A DNA stretch of 64,000 nucleotides, from the NCBI GenBank assembly GCA_040954595.2, contig CM082597.2, positions 7,031,849 through 7,095,848 on the forward strand, read 5' to 3'. The notes beneath the pieces were generated by a model. It was not told the origin of the DNA and searched no databases. It saw only the letters and a program-made list of their open reading frames with translations. Source of the stretch: Balanoglossus misakiensis (Eukaryota; Animalia; Hemichordata). The translations under genes and the position numbers were made by a program. This document shows positions 1 through 12,310 of this stretch, piece after piece (the first letter of the stretch is position 1; each line of letters starts with the position of its first letter).

Positions 1-1219
1 GAGTTTGACGGTTGGCTTGCAGATATCTTCGAAGGTTTCCAAGAGGTGTGTATTCCAGAATAATGTAGAGTGGTTCTTTGAAATAAGGAAAGCATGTTTA
101 ATATTATAAATTTGCCATTGCATTTGATTGGAGCAATTATTGGTTTTCTTCTTAATGTTCACTTAAGACACATGACAATCATGACAAAGGCAACAGTAAC
201 ACACACTTATAACCACAGAGCAGTGTGAAATGTTAACAACAATTTACATTTCTGCTGATATGAACATAAAACCTTGTTCATATTACATACTCCACGAGTA
301 ACCATTGGTACTGGATAATACAATATACATGCGGTGCTCTAACCACAGACAACAGGCGAGTGTACGTACACTCTGATACAGTCACCCAAACGTATGATAC
401 ATTGAAGATGTCAAAGTAGTTTTCACATAGAGTGTTAGTGATATACGAGGCTTTGAAGTGTGTTGTACATAAAGATAAGTATTAATATATGTTGAATGGG
501 TGGTTTCCCATTGTCTCTGTGTTTAAGAAATGAGATATGGCTGAAGCACTCTGCACGCGAAGTCGATAAGAATTCCCAAGATTCATCCACTGGTTTTGTT
601 AACAAAGGGGGTCAATGACACATGGCCTAAGTCGCGCTGAAAATTACAAACCATTGCCCATTCTCACCTTCCAGACTACAGTATCCAATCAGTCTGGTAA
701 TATTGTCATGCACTTGAATTCCCTTCAGTAATTTCAATTCATTCGATAAGTATTCATGGTTTCTACCACGGGTGATGGAATCTGTGAATTAATGAGACAA
801 ATTAATTTCAAAATTTAGGTTCAAATTAAAAGTCTAACAATTAAGACAAAAACAGTTATGAATGAACATTCTCAATTCGCTGATATCCTTACCATTAATC
901 ATTTTGATGGCGACTTCACTTGGTCCGTCTTTACCGTCTATAAACCAAGCGTGCGACTTGACAATCCTGTGGCGCTTATCAGTGGATATGACTTTTGTAA
1001 TATGCAGCCGGTCACGTGGAAATTCGAAGACATAGTTGCCTAGTTTCATATACGTTTTAATTGATGATTTCTTGATGTCTTTTAACATCATAAAATTACA
1101 CCGGGACTTCCAAGACAACAGATATACAGATACATGATAAATAAAAAACAATAACACGAGAAGAGTAAATTTATAAAACACACACACACAAACTTACACA
1201 CATACATACATACATACAT

Positions 1220-1272
<53 letters not shown>

Positions 1273-4200
1273 TACATCCAGTATAAATAACCAGAAATGT
1301 GACATGCATACAGCAATGGAGACAACCAAAATATAATACTTTGTCAGAATCTACATCAGATTCATCAGCGGACGACGGCAATTCTTCGTTTGCAACAGCT
1401 TGATCTACGTTCCTCAATGGGATCATTTCAAAATCGCCTGATACCCGAACATCGTCATCATTCTGATTGCGCAGATCTCTGCTGAGTCCTGATTGACGTA
1501 ATTGTGCAGATGGTGCTAACCAATGAGAAGACAAAATAAAAATTGTATTCATTTGTACAGTAAATGAACATAACATAACAGCTCAGATTTCGTGTGGTAG
1601 TCGGTGGAGTGTAGCATGAAAAGTTTAGATGGAATATATACGTTTTACCCCAAATTTATGTTTTTAATTTTTAGAATATAAGTAACATCAACATTTACAT
1701 TTCATTAATTCCAGCCTAACACGTCATTATGTCAACAACGATTAATACATAGCGTACCTGCATTGATGGACTCATAGCTGTGTTGATGAGATAAATGTGT
1801 TCCTGTAAACAAATCACAGAGCGAGTATTTAGATAATAATGGGTAATACTTGAGTCATTCACTTATCTGTCAAGAACATACATGCAGTTAAATTAAGTGA
1901 CAAGTTTAAGTGACAAAGTTGCATACTTCTGACATTATTTTCGGCATTAATTTATTTTTGACAGCTTTTGAGTAGTTCTACTTTCTGAAACATGCCTAAC
2001 GACCCGTTGTCATGACTCAATTCACAATCCATACAAGAACATCACAAATCGATAGTTCAGTAAAAAAAAATTGTGGTCAGCACTAAAAATTATAACTCAA
2101 ACGTATTCACACGTTAATCCCATGTACATGACACTGTAAATGGATAGTTGAATGTAAAAAAAAGCGCATAATCAATTAATTTAGCTTGCCTGCAAATTTC
2201 ACTTTGGCTTTCTTGATAAGAAGTATCGATAGCACTAGTACAACTGCACCAGTGATACATCCAAGTGACACATAAATGACAAGTTGAATGGGAATAGCGT
2301 TGATATTGACAGTCACTGTTTCATTTCTTCCACCTGTAATATAATTCATTCAAGTTCTTCAATTAAGTTCTTCGGTACATACATACATACATACATACAT
2401 ACATACATACATACATACATACATACATACATACATACATACATACATACATACATACATACATACATACATACATACATACATACATACATAAAGTAGG
2501 GTAGTAGGAGAAACGAAAGGCGGTAAAATCTCTACAACGCTGTTTCGTGAGTCACTAGACTCACTCATCAGGAGACTAAATAAAACTGGCGAAAATTCAA
2601 GGGGGGCGCGTTTATATGCAGGTACACAGGTGGTGGAATGTAGGTTGGGGTGGGCCAACAAATCCACCTGCAGTTTAGTCTCCTGATGAGTGACTCACGA
2701 AACAGCGTTGTAGAGATTTTACCGCCTTTCGTTTCTCCTACAACCCTACTTAATACTCCGCTATACTCTTGTATTGAGCACTTTGAACCGGACCAGTCGA
2801 ACCGCATACTTCGTATATTTCGCTCCAGTCTTGCATTTGTCGAGCACAGTACGATTACCCGACATGGAGAAATTCAACACCGGCTACTCCACAAAGAACA
2901 TCCCGCTACCATCTAGAAAAGAATACCTTCACCGCCTGATCGAGAAGACAGAACAGTTTCTACGCAGAGTACGATGGAAAGCCCACTTCTTCCTTCACCC
3001 GAACCCCGCCTCATCCTGCAAACAGACGTACGGCTTCAAGTCCACAAAGAACCCACCCCCAATCGACGAACTGAAAGAATTCGAAGACGGCATGCTCAAC
3101 ATAATACAGTCTACAAAATTCAAGCAAGTAAGCAACCTCCTTTACAAGCTAAAAGATGACGCCCAACGTATCAATAAAGAAACCAAACTACTTATCGCCG
3201 CGGACAAAACCACAAACTTCTACAAGCTAGACTCCCCGACTTACAACGAGCTGTTAGAATGCAATATCACCAAATCATACAAAAAAGCCCACCCCGCTAC
3301 TACCCAAGCAATCCACGACGAAAACAAGCACATCGCAATGAAACTTGACATCGACGACAGAATAGACATCACGGCAAACAAAGACGCAATCATAACCCTG
3401 AAAGACCACAAACCGAATTTTGCCAACAAACCCACCTGTAGAATGATCAACCCGACCAAATCAGAAATAGGCAAAATCAGGAAAGAAATCCTCGACCGTA
3501 TAAATAAAAAAATCACAGCATCCACCGCAGTTAATCAATGGAAAAACTTATCAGCTGTAGTCGAATGGTTCAAGCTCATCAAAAACAAGGAAAAATGCAA
3601 CTTTATCTGCTTCGATATCGAGGAATTCTACCCCTCCATCAGCGAAAACCTCCTCAACAAAGCACTTAACTTCGCCTCCACCTACGACAACATAACTACC
3701 GATGAACGCAACATCATCATCCACGCAAAAAACGCCCTTCTAACACACAAACAACAACCATGGCAGAAGAAAAGCACCAAGCCATTCGATGTGACCATGG
3801 GCAGTTTTGACGGTGCAGAAACATGCGAACTGGTAGGCAGCTTCCTCCTCTCCCAGCTACAGAATACATGCGGCAACAACATTGGACTGTACAGAGACGA
3901 CGGGTTAGCCATCACAGACGCCACCCCGACATGCACAGAAAACATCAAGAAAGAAATCTGCCGAATATTCAAAATCAACGGTCTCAAAATCACCATCGAA
4001 GCTAACAAACAAGTCATCAACTTCCTCGACGTCACATTCAACCTGGCCAGAAACACATACCAACCCTACACAAAGCCCAACACAACACTCCAATATGTCC
4101 ACCACGAAAGCAACCACCCCACCAGCATCACCAAGAACATACCAGCCGGAATCAACAAACGACTCTCCCAGCTATCATCCGACCAAGCCTCATTCGACCA

Positions 4201-5416
4201 AGCCGCCCCGCCATACCAAAAAGCACTCGACGCCTGCGGATACCAATACACTTTACGCTACGAACCAACAATCACCACGAATAAATTAGAAGAAACAGAC
4301 AAAGAAACAACATCATCTGGTACAACCCCCCATTCAGCAAAAACGTCAGCACCAACATCGGACAGAAATTCCTCCTCCTCATAGACAAATGCTTCCCGCA
4401 AGACAACAAACTCAGGAAAAAATTCAATAGGAACACGATGAAAATTAGCTACAGCTGTATGAACAACACGAAGCAGATCATCGAAAACAACAACAAACGC
4501 ATCTTGAAATCGCACAACAACAACACAGACGAGACCGACAACACCAAGACTTGCAACTGCCGACAAAAGGACAAATGCCCGCTCGACGGTAACTGCCTCC
4601 AAATTCCGTCATCTACCAGGCTACAGTTACGTGCACAGACAACAACACCTCGGATTCATACGTCGGACTACCCGAGAACGACTTCAAAACAAAATACAGA
4701 AACCACACTTCATCTTTCCGACTCGCATGCTCCAGGAACTCCACCGAACTCAGCAAACATTATTATTTGGACTATGAAGGACAACTACATCGCCCACACT
4801 ATCTCATGGAAAATTCTAGCCAAAGCCAAGCCATACAATAGCGCAACCAAACGGTGCAACCTCTGCTTAACAGAGAAATTTATTATCATTCACAACCAGA
4901 AATTTCCACACTCAATAAAAGAAACGAACTCGTGTCCTCTTGTCGACACAGACACAAAGCATTGTTACGCAACAATTAAATCTAGAAACTCCCCACACAA
5001 CACATGCATATCACCAGCTATACACATTGTTATGCAAAACGGCACACCCCAACCTACGTTCCACCACCTGTGTACCTGCATATAAACGCGCCTTCCCCTT
5101 GCATTTTCGCCAGTTTTATTTAGTCTCCTGATGAGTGAGTCTAGTGACTCACGAAACAGCGTTGTAGAGATTATACCGCCTTTCGTTTCTCCTACTACCC
5201 TACTTTATACTCCGCCCTACTCTTGTATTGAGCACTTCGTATACATACATACATTCCCACAATACATACATACATACATACATACATACATACATACATA
5301 CATACATACATACATACATACATACATACATACATACATACATACATACATACATACATACATACATACATACATACATACATACATACATACAGTCTGA
5401 CAGACACACAGACACA

Positions 5417-5469
<53 letters not shown>

Positions 5470-8400
5470 CAGGAAGTTTGAATACCTGCTGTTGTAACGG
5501 CGGTCGTCTCACTTCGTGTTTCTCCAAATCTGTTTTTGCTTATTATTGTTATGTTGTACGTCGTCCCTGCATCAAGGTTTCCGATGACTTGCTGCCTCTC
5601 GCTAGTTGCATTTATCACAAGATCTTCGCCAGTGAAAATGTTAACACATTCCACATAGAATGATTGTGGGTCCCCACCATTAAAACCAGGTGTCCAATGA
5701 ACCAAGATGGAGTCTGCTGTAGTTGTAGTGTTCACACCTGATGCTTTTTCTGGAACAGCTATAAAACATAGAAAAATATACAGATTTACAGCAAATGCCT
5801 TTTCGATTCCTGGAAATAAATTGACAACACAAAAAATCCAATTTGAAATCAATTGTAATAAAATGTATAGTTTTAAGCCTTTGGGAAAAACACACTCACA
5901 CACCCACACACACACACTTACACTTTGCAATCAGAGTGATGGTAACGTTTATAAATCCAACGTCGTTTACAGCGTGACAGCTAAAAGAGCCATAGTCCTC
6001 TTTGCGTACATGTTTTATTTGTAGCGTGCTGTGGATGACAGTATCAGATAACACATCTTGGAAATGGTGTTCGCTGAGGTCTATTGTCTCGTTTCCGTCT
6101 TGGCGGAACCATTTTATTGCTGAAGGAGGGTTGCTATCGACCTGGCAAGTCAACTCTGCACTATCGCCTAAATTCGCTGCTACTTTTCTGGTTTCTTGTT
6201 GATTCAGTAAAATTGGTGAGTCTAAATGATAACACAAGAAATGTGATCTTATATACCATTTTCAAGTACGTAATTTAATTTAATTCAATGTACATTAATC
6301 CAGTGTATGTACTGTTGTATACACAAATATTAAAGCATCACGTCTATGCTAATTTCGCCTCTAAAAACTTACACTGAACATAAATCGTAGTATCGCTAGT
6401 ACCAATTCCCGTTCTGCCATCATAGTACACGTTGCTTACAGTGCATGTGTAGATGTGGAAGTTGTTCGGTCCTGGTTGTATGTTCCTGATAACTAATGGG
6501 TTTCCAAACTCTGGGCTTTCATCACCTCTTCGTTTCCACGCAATTGATGTATTCTGTGGATTGCCTGGTGTAAACTCACAACGAATTCTGAGGTCGTCAC
6601 CTTTCTTAACACAGATTGAAGATGGAGAGGATGCAGTCGGTGGATCTAAATTATTTAAAATATTTATGTTAAGACCAATGAATGTGTCATTTACTTTCAA
6701 TTGGTTGAATGTATTGAAAATTTGTATTCATCTAGGTGTCTTAACAACAGAAACTTGAACAAAGTGGAATATTACATGATGCATGTATATAATTAAACTA
6801 AGAGTCAGCGTAAATTACTGGCAACTTAAAAAGAATGGAAATAAATTAAGCCCTAGAGGTGAGAATTACACTGCATTCATTTATATAAAATAGCATATAC
6901 TTAACATACATTGTACATTTGGTACTATAGGGTTTGAACAAGTCCAAGGGGATCCAGCACTGTCACGATGCACCAGGCTGCAACTAAAAGGGATCCCGTG
7001 ATCATCTTTGGATATCGTGATCTCGTAATGTAATGGACTTCTATCCCCACGTTTGATCTCCTTTCCATTTTGAGTCCACACAAGTTCACCTGGCGGCACA
7101 ACGTTTTTTGTCGTAACATGGCACCGCACGAAAATTGTACTTCCGACAACCACTTCGTCGTTTGGTCCCAAACCGGAAATCCTAGAGCATTCTGGTTCAT
7201 CAATACCTAGAATACATATCATGCAATGCATTATATTGCTACGATGGAAACGTGTGACCAGAAAACTGCGGAGAATGTATTGTGCAAGCGCAATTAATCT
7301 GCAGTGAATTTGAAGTAATCTAAACTGGGGATAATGAACTTCAAAACATAACGTCGATTAAGTTATTTAAAACAAACACCATATTCACATGCGTACAAAT
7401 TTATCCACTGCGCCAGTTCTCTGTCTGAATTAGAAATGAGTAAAATGTGTGCATTATGTCTTTAATAGTTTATTACACCTATCAAAATGAATTTTTTCAT
7501 TTTTTGACCGTAAACTAAAATTGAATTCATGATTTGAATTCTGGTGTCATGTTTTTATTCCCGTCGATGAATAAATGTTATCCTGAAAAATGTTCACCCC
7601 TTCAAAAAAATCTCTGTCTGAACGGTCCCGTTAACTGTTACGTCATTGGGGGCTCTCCTTCGCTTTAGTCTACAATTCATCGCGTCGAGAGGCGTACATG
7701 TCGTCTACTTGACTTTTATGGCGTCAAATGTAAACACGGTCAGTGACGAGGCAATTTTTTGGAGAATATGATTCAGACAGTAGCGATGGAGAGTTTTGGG
7801 CTCTTCATCGCTGCTTTCAAGGAAATTCCAAGCCACAGCCGTTACATTTGAACCAGCAAGGCGTGAGGTATCTCCTCAACCTGTTCGGGCTGGTGGGCAA
7901 TCCGTCGATGTACCGAGCGAAGAAATGCCTGCAAGCGCGGGTCCAGATTCGCCTGAGCCTTCTCGAGTGGGAAATATAGATTGGCATGTAATAAGCATCA
8001 TTTTCTGTTTTTTATTTCACAATAAATGTGTCTAATAAAATGTTCAGGGAGTGGTTCAGTAAAACTCAAATATTCTCGTAGCAGATCTGCTTCCCGATAC
8101 GAAGGTCTGCGCACGTCTGGTCACCGATATAAGAGAGGTTCGGCTACACGTTATACACGAACGTGAACGCGAAACGTCACGAATTTCTGTTATGACGTCA
8201 TCAAGTTTTGTGTAAATTTTGACGTTCACGTAAAAGACTTAGATAGGTGTTTTCACGTTAGTTGCAAACGTGAAAAGTTATTCTCATTTTGGGCAACAAA
8301 AAAATATATTATCTACGAAATATGTGTATGCCTTGTTAGCTTGATATCTCATTGTGACAAACGAAAACGCAGGTGCACCAGTACTCATGGGCCCCGACCA

Positions 8401-10462
8401 CTGTGCCAAGTTTCAGAAGCACAGCTGCAGCGGTTCTGAGATCTACGTGGCCGAAAAAAAACGACCCAAGAAGAAAGAAGAAAAACTCCAGCAATTACTG
8501 AATTGCCAAAATGTGTACGTAATAGGGCCTACGCTTTGAAATTTTTAAGTTTTGGAAGAATTAGAGTGTATTGCCGAATCGCATGACATCTTAATATCCG
8601 AACATTAAAAATGACAACCCTGAGTGAACACAAAGAAAGCACGAACAAAGGGTCGAAAAGTAAGTGTCTCCAACACAATGAATGCGCTGGTGCCGCCATT
8701 TTGGAAATCTTTGGATCGACCGGCGGATCATTTTTTTGTGCTTTTATCGCAAAAAACACGAATACTTATACATCGCAATTCATGAGATCACGTATATACA
8801 CATATTTCAAATCCGCTACCTCTTTTATAACACAGGGCAGTCATTTGGGGGACTGTGGTATGAATGCATCCTCTATTTGTGGGGCTTCTTATGGGTTGAA
8901 TATCAAGTGTTACTGCCAGTAAACTGCCAAAGTGGTACATATCACAGCTGTAGTATCACTATCAGTGCCACACAGGGACGGTGGCGCTGCAGGAGTTCTG
9001 AGAACATGGCGTCTGCCTCTGAGAACTTTTGTGTACAGTTGTTACTGTTACAAAACAAAAGTCTGTGAAAGTTCACGCATTCGGATTTCTCGTTTTTTTT
9101 TTCACGAGAGTACTAACTTCGTAATGCAGTAGGGTTTATCCATGTATGTAGTTCAAGGATCAACAACAACAACAGCGTACGGACACGATACAGAGTGGAG
9201 CCCAGCCGACGGGAATCTATAGGCTACAATCTATATACGGAATCGTGATTGTTCATGTATGGTAACCTTCTAATGACTTTCTGATGACGCAGCCTCCCCT
9301 ACCACAGACATTTGGGTTTCCAAAAAGATAGTGTTTGTACAGCCCCGACGACGCATCGTTTGACCATAAAGATGGAAACGCGGGACTCTCGCTTTGGGGT
9401 AGGCTGTGCAACGATATCTCTGTTTACATACTGGCAACGACTTCCCCAATGACGTCATGTCACGTGGTCTATACGCGGCAAATACGAATTGAGATTTTTT
9501 TCTGAGCGACATGAATTTCGACGATTTTATTAATGAATCATTAATTATAGAAAACCATAGCAAAATATGATGCTTGATTTGGATAAAATGGTTATTTTAC
9601 TAAATGAATCTTTAACACTCAAATGAAATAAAGATAGGTGTAATAAACATTTAAGAGCAAACTTAATGGATTGCATTTACATACCAATCACAGTAACTTC
9701 AGCCAAAGCTTTGTGAAATGAAGAATATACACACGCCCATATCCCACGATGTTCCGTTGATGCTTTGTGGACGAGTAAGTTGCCTTCCCCATTTGATGCG
9801 TCACCTACGACGCTACAACATTCATCATAAGAGATGCCGTTTATTACAACATAATATTTTGAAAAACCATGCGTGCCATTCCGTAGCGTGTGCCAATTAG
9901 GAAGGTAATTCCGGGGATTTGGCTTTACAGAACAGTTCAGCAACAATTCTTCTCCTTCCTTGACAATTGTATCCACTGGTGTTACCGTTAGGCCTAATGG
10001 TTGCTGTGAAACTACATAAGGGGAAACCCGAAAAATTATCTTAATTAAAATGTGTTATCGTGAACTATTTGATGTATGGAAACCCCAATTTGTTGGTGCT
10101 ACACTCTATAATGCTGCAGTACAGGCCTTCTATCAGTAGAATCAGCCTCTGTCTGTCCGTCTGTCCGTCTGTCTGTCTGCCTCTCTCTGTCTCTGTCTGC
10201 ATTAGTCTCAGTTACCCAGACTCCTTCGCGCGGACTATCTCCAAAGTGGTTCTAGGTTCTAGTCCAAAGCTATCTCTTCTCGCTTTGGAGATAGCCCGCG
10301 CGAAGGAGTCTGGGTAACCGAGACTATGTCTGCATCTCCTTTCCATGCAAACGAGTTCAATAGTATGCGATTACCCGATTTCTTACCTGCACACGAGACT
10401 TGATATACGAATACAATAATGGCGACAAATGTTGGTGCACTGATAAATAGTGTTTCCTTCAT
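1..10462 (-). CDS. Ig-domain receptor tyrosine (pseudo)kinase, copy A; leader-V-Ig-Ig-Ig-FN3-TM-kinase, 3' end beyond window
   Basis: Exons: leader 10387-10462, V 9685-10011, Ig2 6910-7206, Ig3 6373-6645, Ig 5922-6221, FN3 5486-5758, TM 2190-2333, 1758-1802, 1340-1515, kinase 893-~1106 (VAIK; acceptor uncertain), 668-781, 75-<1. Ectodomain exons are phase 1-1 multiples of 3; shared exon sizes other than leader and V match copy B. Confidence 0.88.
2190..2333 (-). CDS. Transmembrane exon of copy A
   Basis: LVIYVSLGCITGAVVLVLSILLI followed by KKAK; GC donor; paralogous exon at 17992-18135. Confidence 0.85.
2377..2493. repeat. (CATA)n microsatellite
   Basis: Direct tetranucleotide repeat. Confidence 0.97.
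2529..2575 (-). ncRNA. Hammerhead ribozyme motif in inverted pLTR copy
   Basis: Reverse complement of the 5124-5170 motif. Confidence 0.78.
2679..2716 (+). ncRNA. Minimal hammerhead ribozyme motif in 5' pLTR (shortened stem II)
   Basis: tctc-CTGATGA-gtgactcac-GAAA-cagcgttGTA-gaga. Confidence 0.72.
2864..4979 (+). pseudogene. PLE reverse transcriptase + GIY-YIG endonuclease ORF, frameshifted
   Basis: RT motifs FDIEEFYPSI, MGSFDGAETCELVG, LYRDDG; linker CNCRQKDKCPLDGNC; VIYQA...SYVG and CNLCLTEK. Frame changes near 4290, 4605, 4765 and 4905. Confidence 0.88.
5124..5170 (+). ncRNA. Type I hammerhead ribozyme motif in 3' pLTR
   Basis: tctc-CTGATGA-gtgagtc(tagt)gactcac-GAAA-cagcgttGTA-gaga: core, stem II hairpin, short near-palindromic stem III, GUA site, tctc/gaga stem I. 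Confidence 0.85.
5243..5466. repeat. (CATA)n followed by (CA)n
   Basis: Direct repeats. Confidence 0.95.
7466..9650. mobile_element. ~2.2-kb non-autonomous TIR element (possibly composite) in the V-Ig2 intron of copy A
   Basis: TIR gtttattacacctatc (7468) / gataggtgtaataaac (9633-9648); TTAA on both flanks; empty site in copy C at ~28795. Confidence 0.75.
9685..10011 (-). CDS. V-type Ig exon of copy A
   Basis: LLLNC...W...GNLLVH...GIWAC pattern; AG/GT boundaries; 327 nt. Confidence 0.85.
10203..10326. mobile_element. Palindromic MITE with 9-bp TSD (Mutator-like by TSD length)
   Basis: TAGTCTCAGTTACCCAGACTCC...GGAGTCTGGGTAACCGAGACTA flanked by tgtctgcat (10194-10202, 10327-10335); absent in copy C. 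Confidence 0.85.
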
Positions 10463-10499
10463 TATAATCGAACTTGATCGCCAACCTTCAATAGCCACC

Positions 10500-12310
10500 C
10501 TGTTGATTTCATAACGCGTAAAATAAAGTTACTTGTACAAAACCGTAATAATGCACTTTAGTTGTGAGTTTGTGTATTATTCTCATTTACCCTGGGCGCT
10601 GGAAAAATGACCAACGCGGGTCAAAGGTATAAAATGTTGTCCCACATAACAGTACAGACGACCATTAATGTTTCTCATGGCACGTATGCACTGTGCATCT
10701 TCTGCATCAAACGCCATGCACATGCCGATTAATCTTAAATTGGCACTTGAGAGATTATTCACCATAAGAGCACGCGTATATCGCTAACATAACAGTCGAG
10801 GAGTTGAAAAGGGTGGGCGACTGTTTCGTGCAAAGATATAACGATACAATATTGTTACACACGGGTTTCTAGAAAAACATTGGCAAAGTGAGCTGTTGAA
10901 ATTATACAAGAAACATGGAGACTTACCAACATTCACTGTTGTCGAGAAAATTGTTAGACTGCTTCTCGCCTTATCAGAGTTCAGTGGTCAATACATGTAA
11001 ACGATTTTTTCGTCGTCGTCGGTGTATGTAAATGAATATGCTCTTTGCAGATTTAGACAGAGTGTGGAGGAATGTATGTAGTCTTCGAGTAAATACTAGT
11101 ATTCTCAGTATCAATTAAAATACCTATGTGTTGATGTGACTTATCATTCTTCCTCTACAGACAAACAACGGTGACGTTAATCAAACAATGAGTCACATAA
11201 TATATATATACGAGTTTTGATTGACACAAATCCATCAACTAAACTAAAGGAATGTCAAAAACAACAGCCCTCACACTGTATAGGCCTTAATATGTTGGTA
11301 TTCAAACTGTAGTCTGTTTTGATGTTAGGTATCTAAACGATAAAGCAATAAAGATATGCTATTCTCTTAGACCGGTGGAGCACTGATTACTCAGGACGTT
11401 CCCACCCACAACAGCCGCGTTGGTCATTTATTAATATAGTTTTCCGATCTGATATATAAACTGTTGACACGTAACGAAACTACCATCAGATAAGTAGAGC
11501 TCTGCTTTACATGTGACCCTTTGTCAACTTGTTAGTAGAATATGGCAGGCTTAGAATATCGCTGGCAGATTACTGATCCTGTACAATGAATTAATTTGGA
11601 ATTTTCACATTGTAAATCATTACCCTATTTTCCCCAGAGGTGCTAAAATTGTAATACCTTAGTGAATGATGAATTTTGGACCAAACAGGCAACTCAACGG
11701 TAGCGTAAACGTAGTACGATCGAGCCTTGACGGCGTAGACTGGTCCGTTACAAGTCCTGTTTCGATTAGCCTGGCCCTATACCAGTGTGTTTTAGATTTA
11801 TCGAAATTCTACAGTGTGTATAATTTCTATATATATCAAAAACACACAGGCGCACTGCAGGACGTGCGCTAAGAGATGTGCAGGAAAAATGCAGTATGAA
11901 CTGCCGACCGACCTGAGTGTTGCGCTCACACAAATACCAAGAAAAACCTCGGAATTACGATTCGTAGAGAACTAAACCTCTCAGAGGTTACAGACAAAAT
12001 GTTCCCACAAACGTGGAGAAAGGTTTGAACGAAATTATAAGAAAGATAGAGGTAAAGTACGAAATCAAATCACCACAACCGAGAGCACGATGCTCTCAGT
12101 TCTGCCGCCATGTGTCGACTCCCTTTGGTCCGATGTCGAGGGTAGTCACTATACATGCATCAAGCTCCGCCCCAGTCGTGGAAAATTGACAGTTTATCCC
12201 GCTATAGGAAGGGTGTCTCAGTCTGAGAATCAGGGAATAGTCGCATTTCATGAGATATGAGTCTTGTGTGCGGCATTGACCTAGCAATTCCCGGACAGTA
12301 ATGACACAGT
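10500..12310 (-). promoter_or_regulatory. 5' region of copy A (putative non-coding exon 1 donor at ~10927 and promoter)
   Basis: Homologous blocks at ~26190-27520 (B) and ~29540-32135 (C); conserved donor positions 10927, 26902, 30039; TSS not identified. Confidence 0.5.

Larger units (their letters stand above)
2492..5242 (+). mobile_element. Penelope-like retroelement (Naiad-like), with inverted plus direct 5' pLTR copies and a 3' pLTR, in a (CATA)n tract
   Basis: RT and GIY-YIG coding region; segment ~5045-5208 repeated inverted at ~2492-2655; ~5119-5237 repeated direct at ~2674-2782; (CATA)n on both sides; full element absent from the paralogous intron of copy B. Confidence 0.92.

Noticed and set aside
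893-1802. ITIMs in A/B tails (HSYESI, KTYMKL)
   Set aside because: YxxI/L cores are present but the -2 residue does not fit the [SIVL]xYxx[IVL] consensus, so an inhibitory role is unsupported
2864-4979. Selenocysteine recoding or programmed frameshifting in the PLE ORF
   Set aside because: No in-frame TGA noticed at Cys positions; multiple scattered frame changes fit decay better
10583-10765. Conserved 60-aa ORF (MVNNLSSANL...) repeated at 26282-26464
   Set aside because: Explained by segmental duplication of intron 1; the C copy has indels and does not retain it
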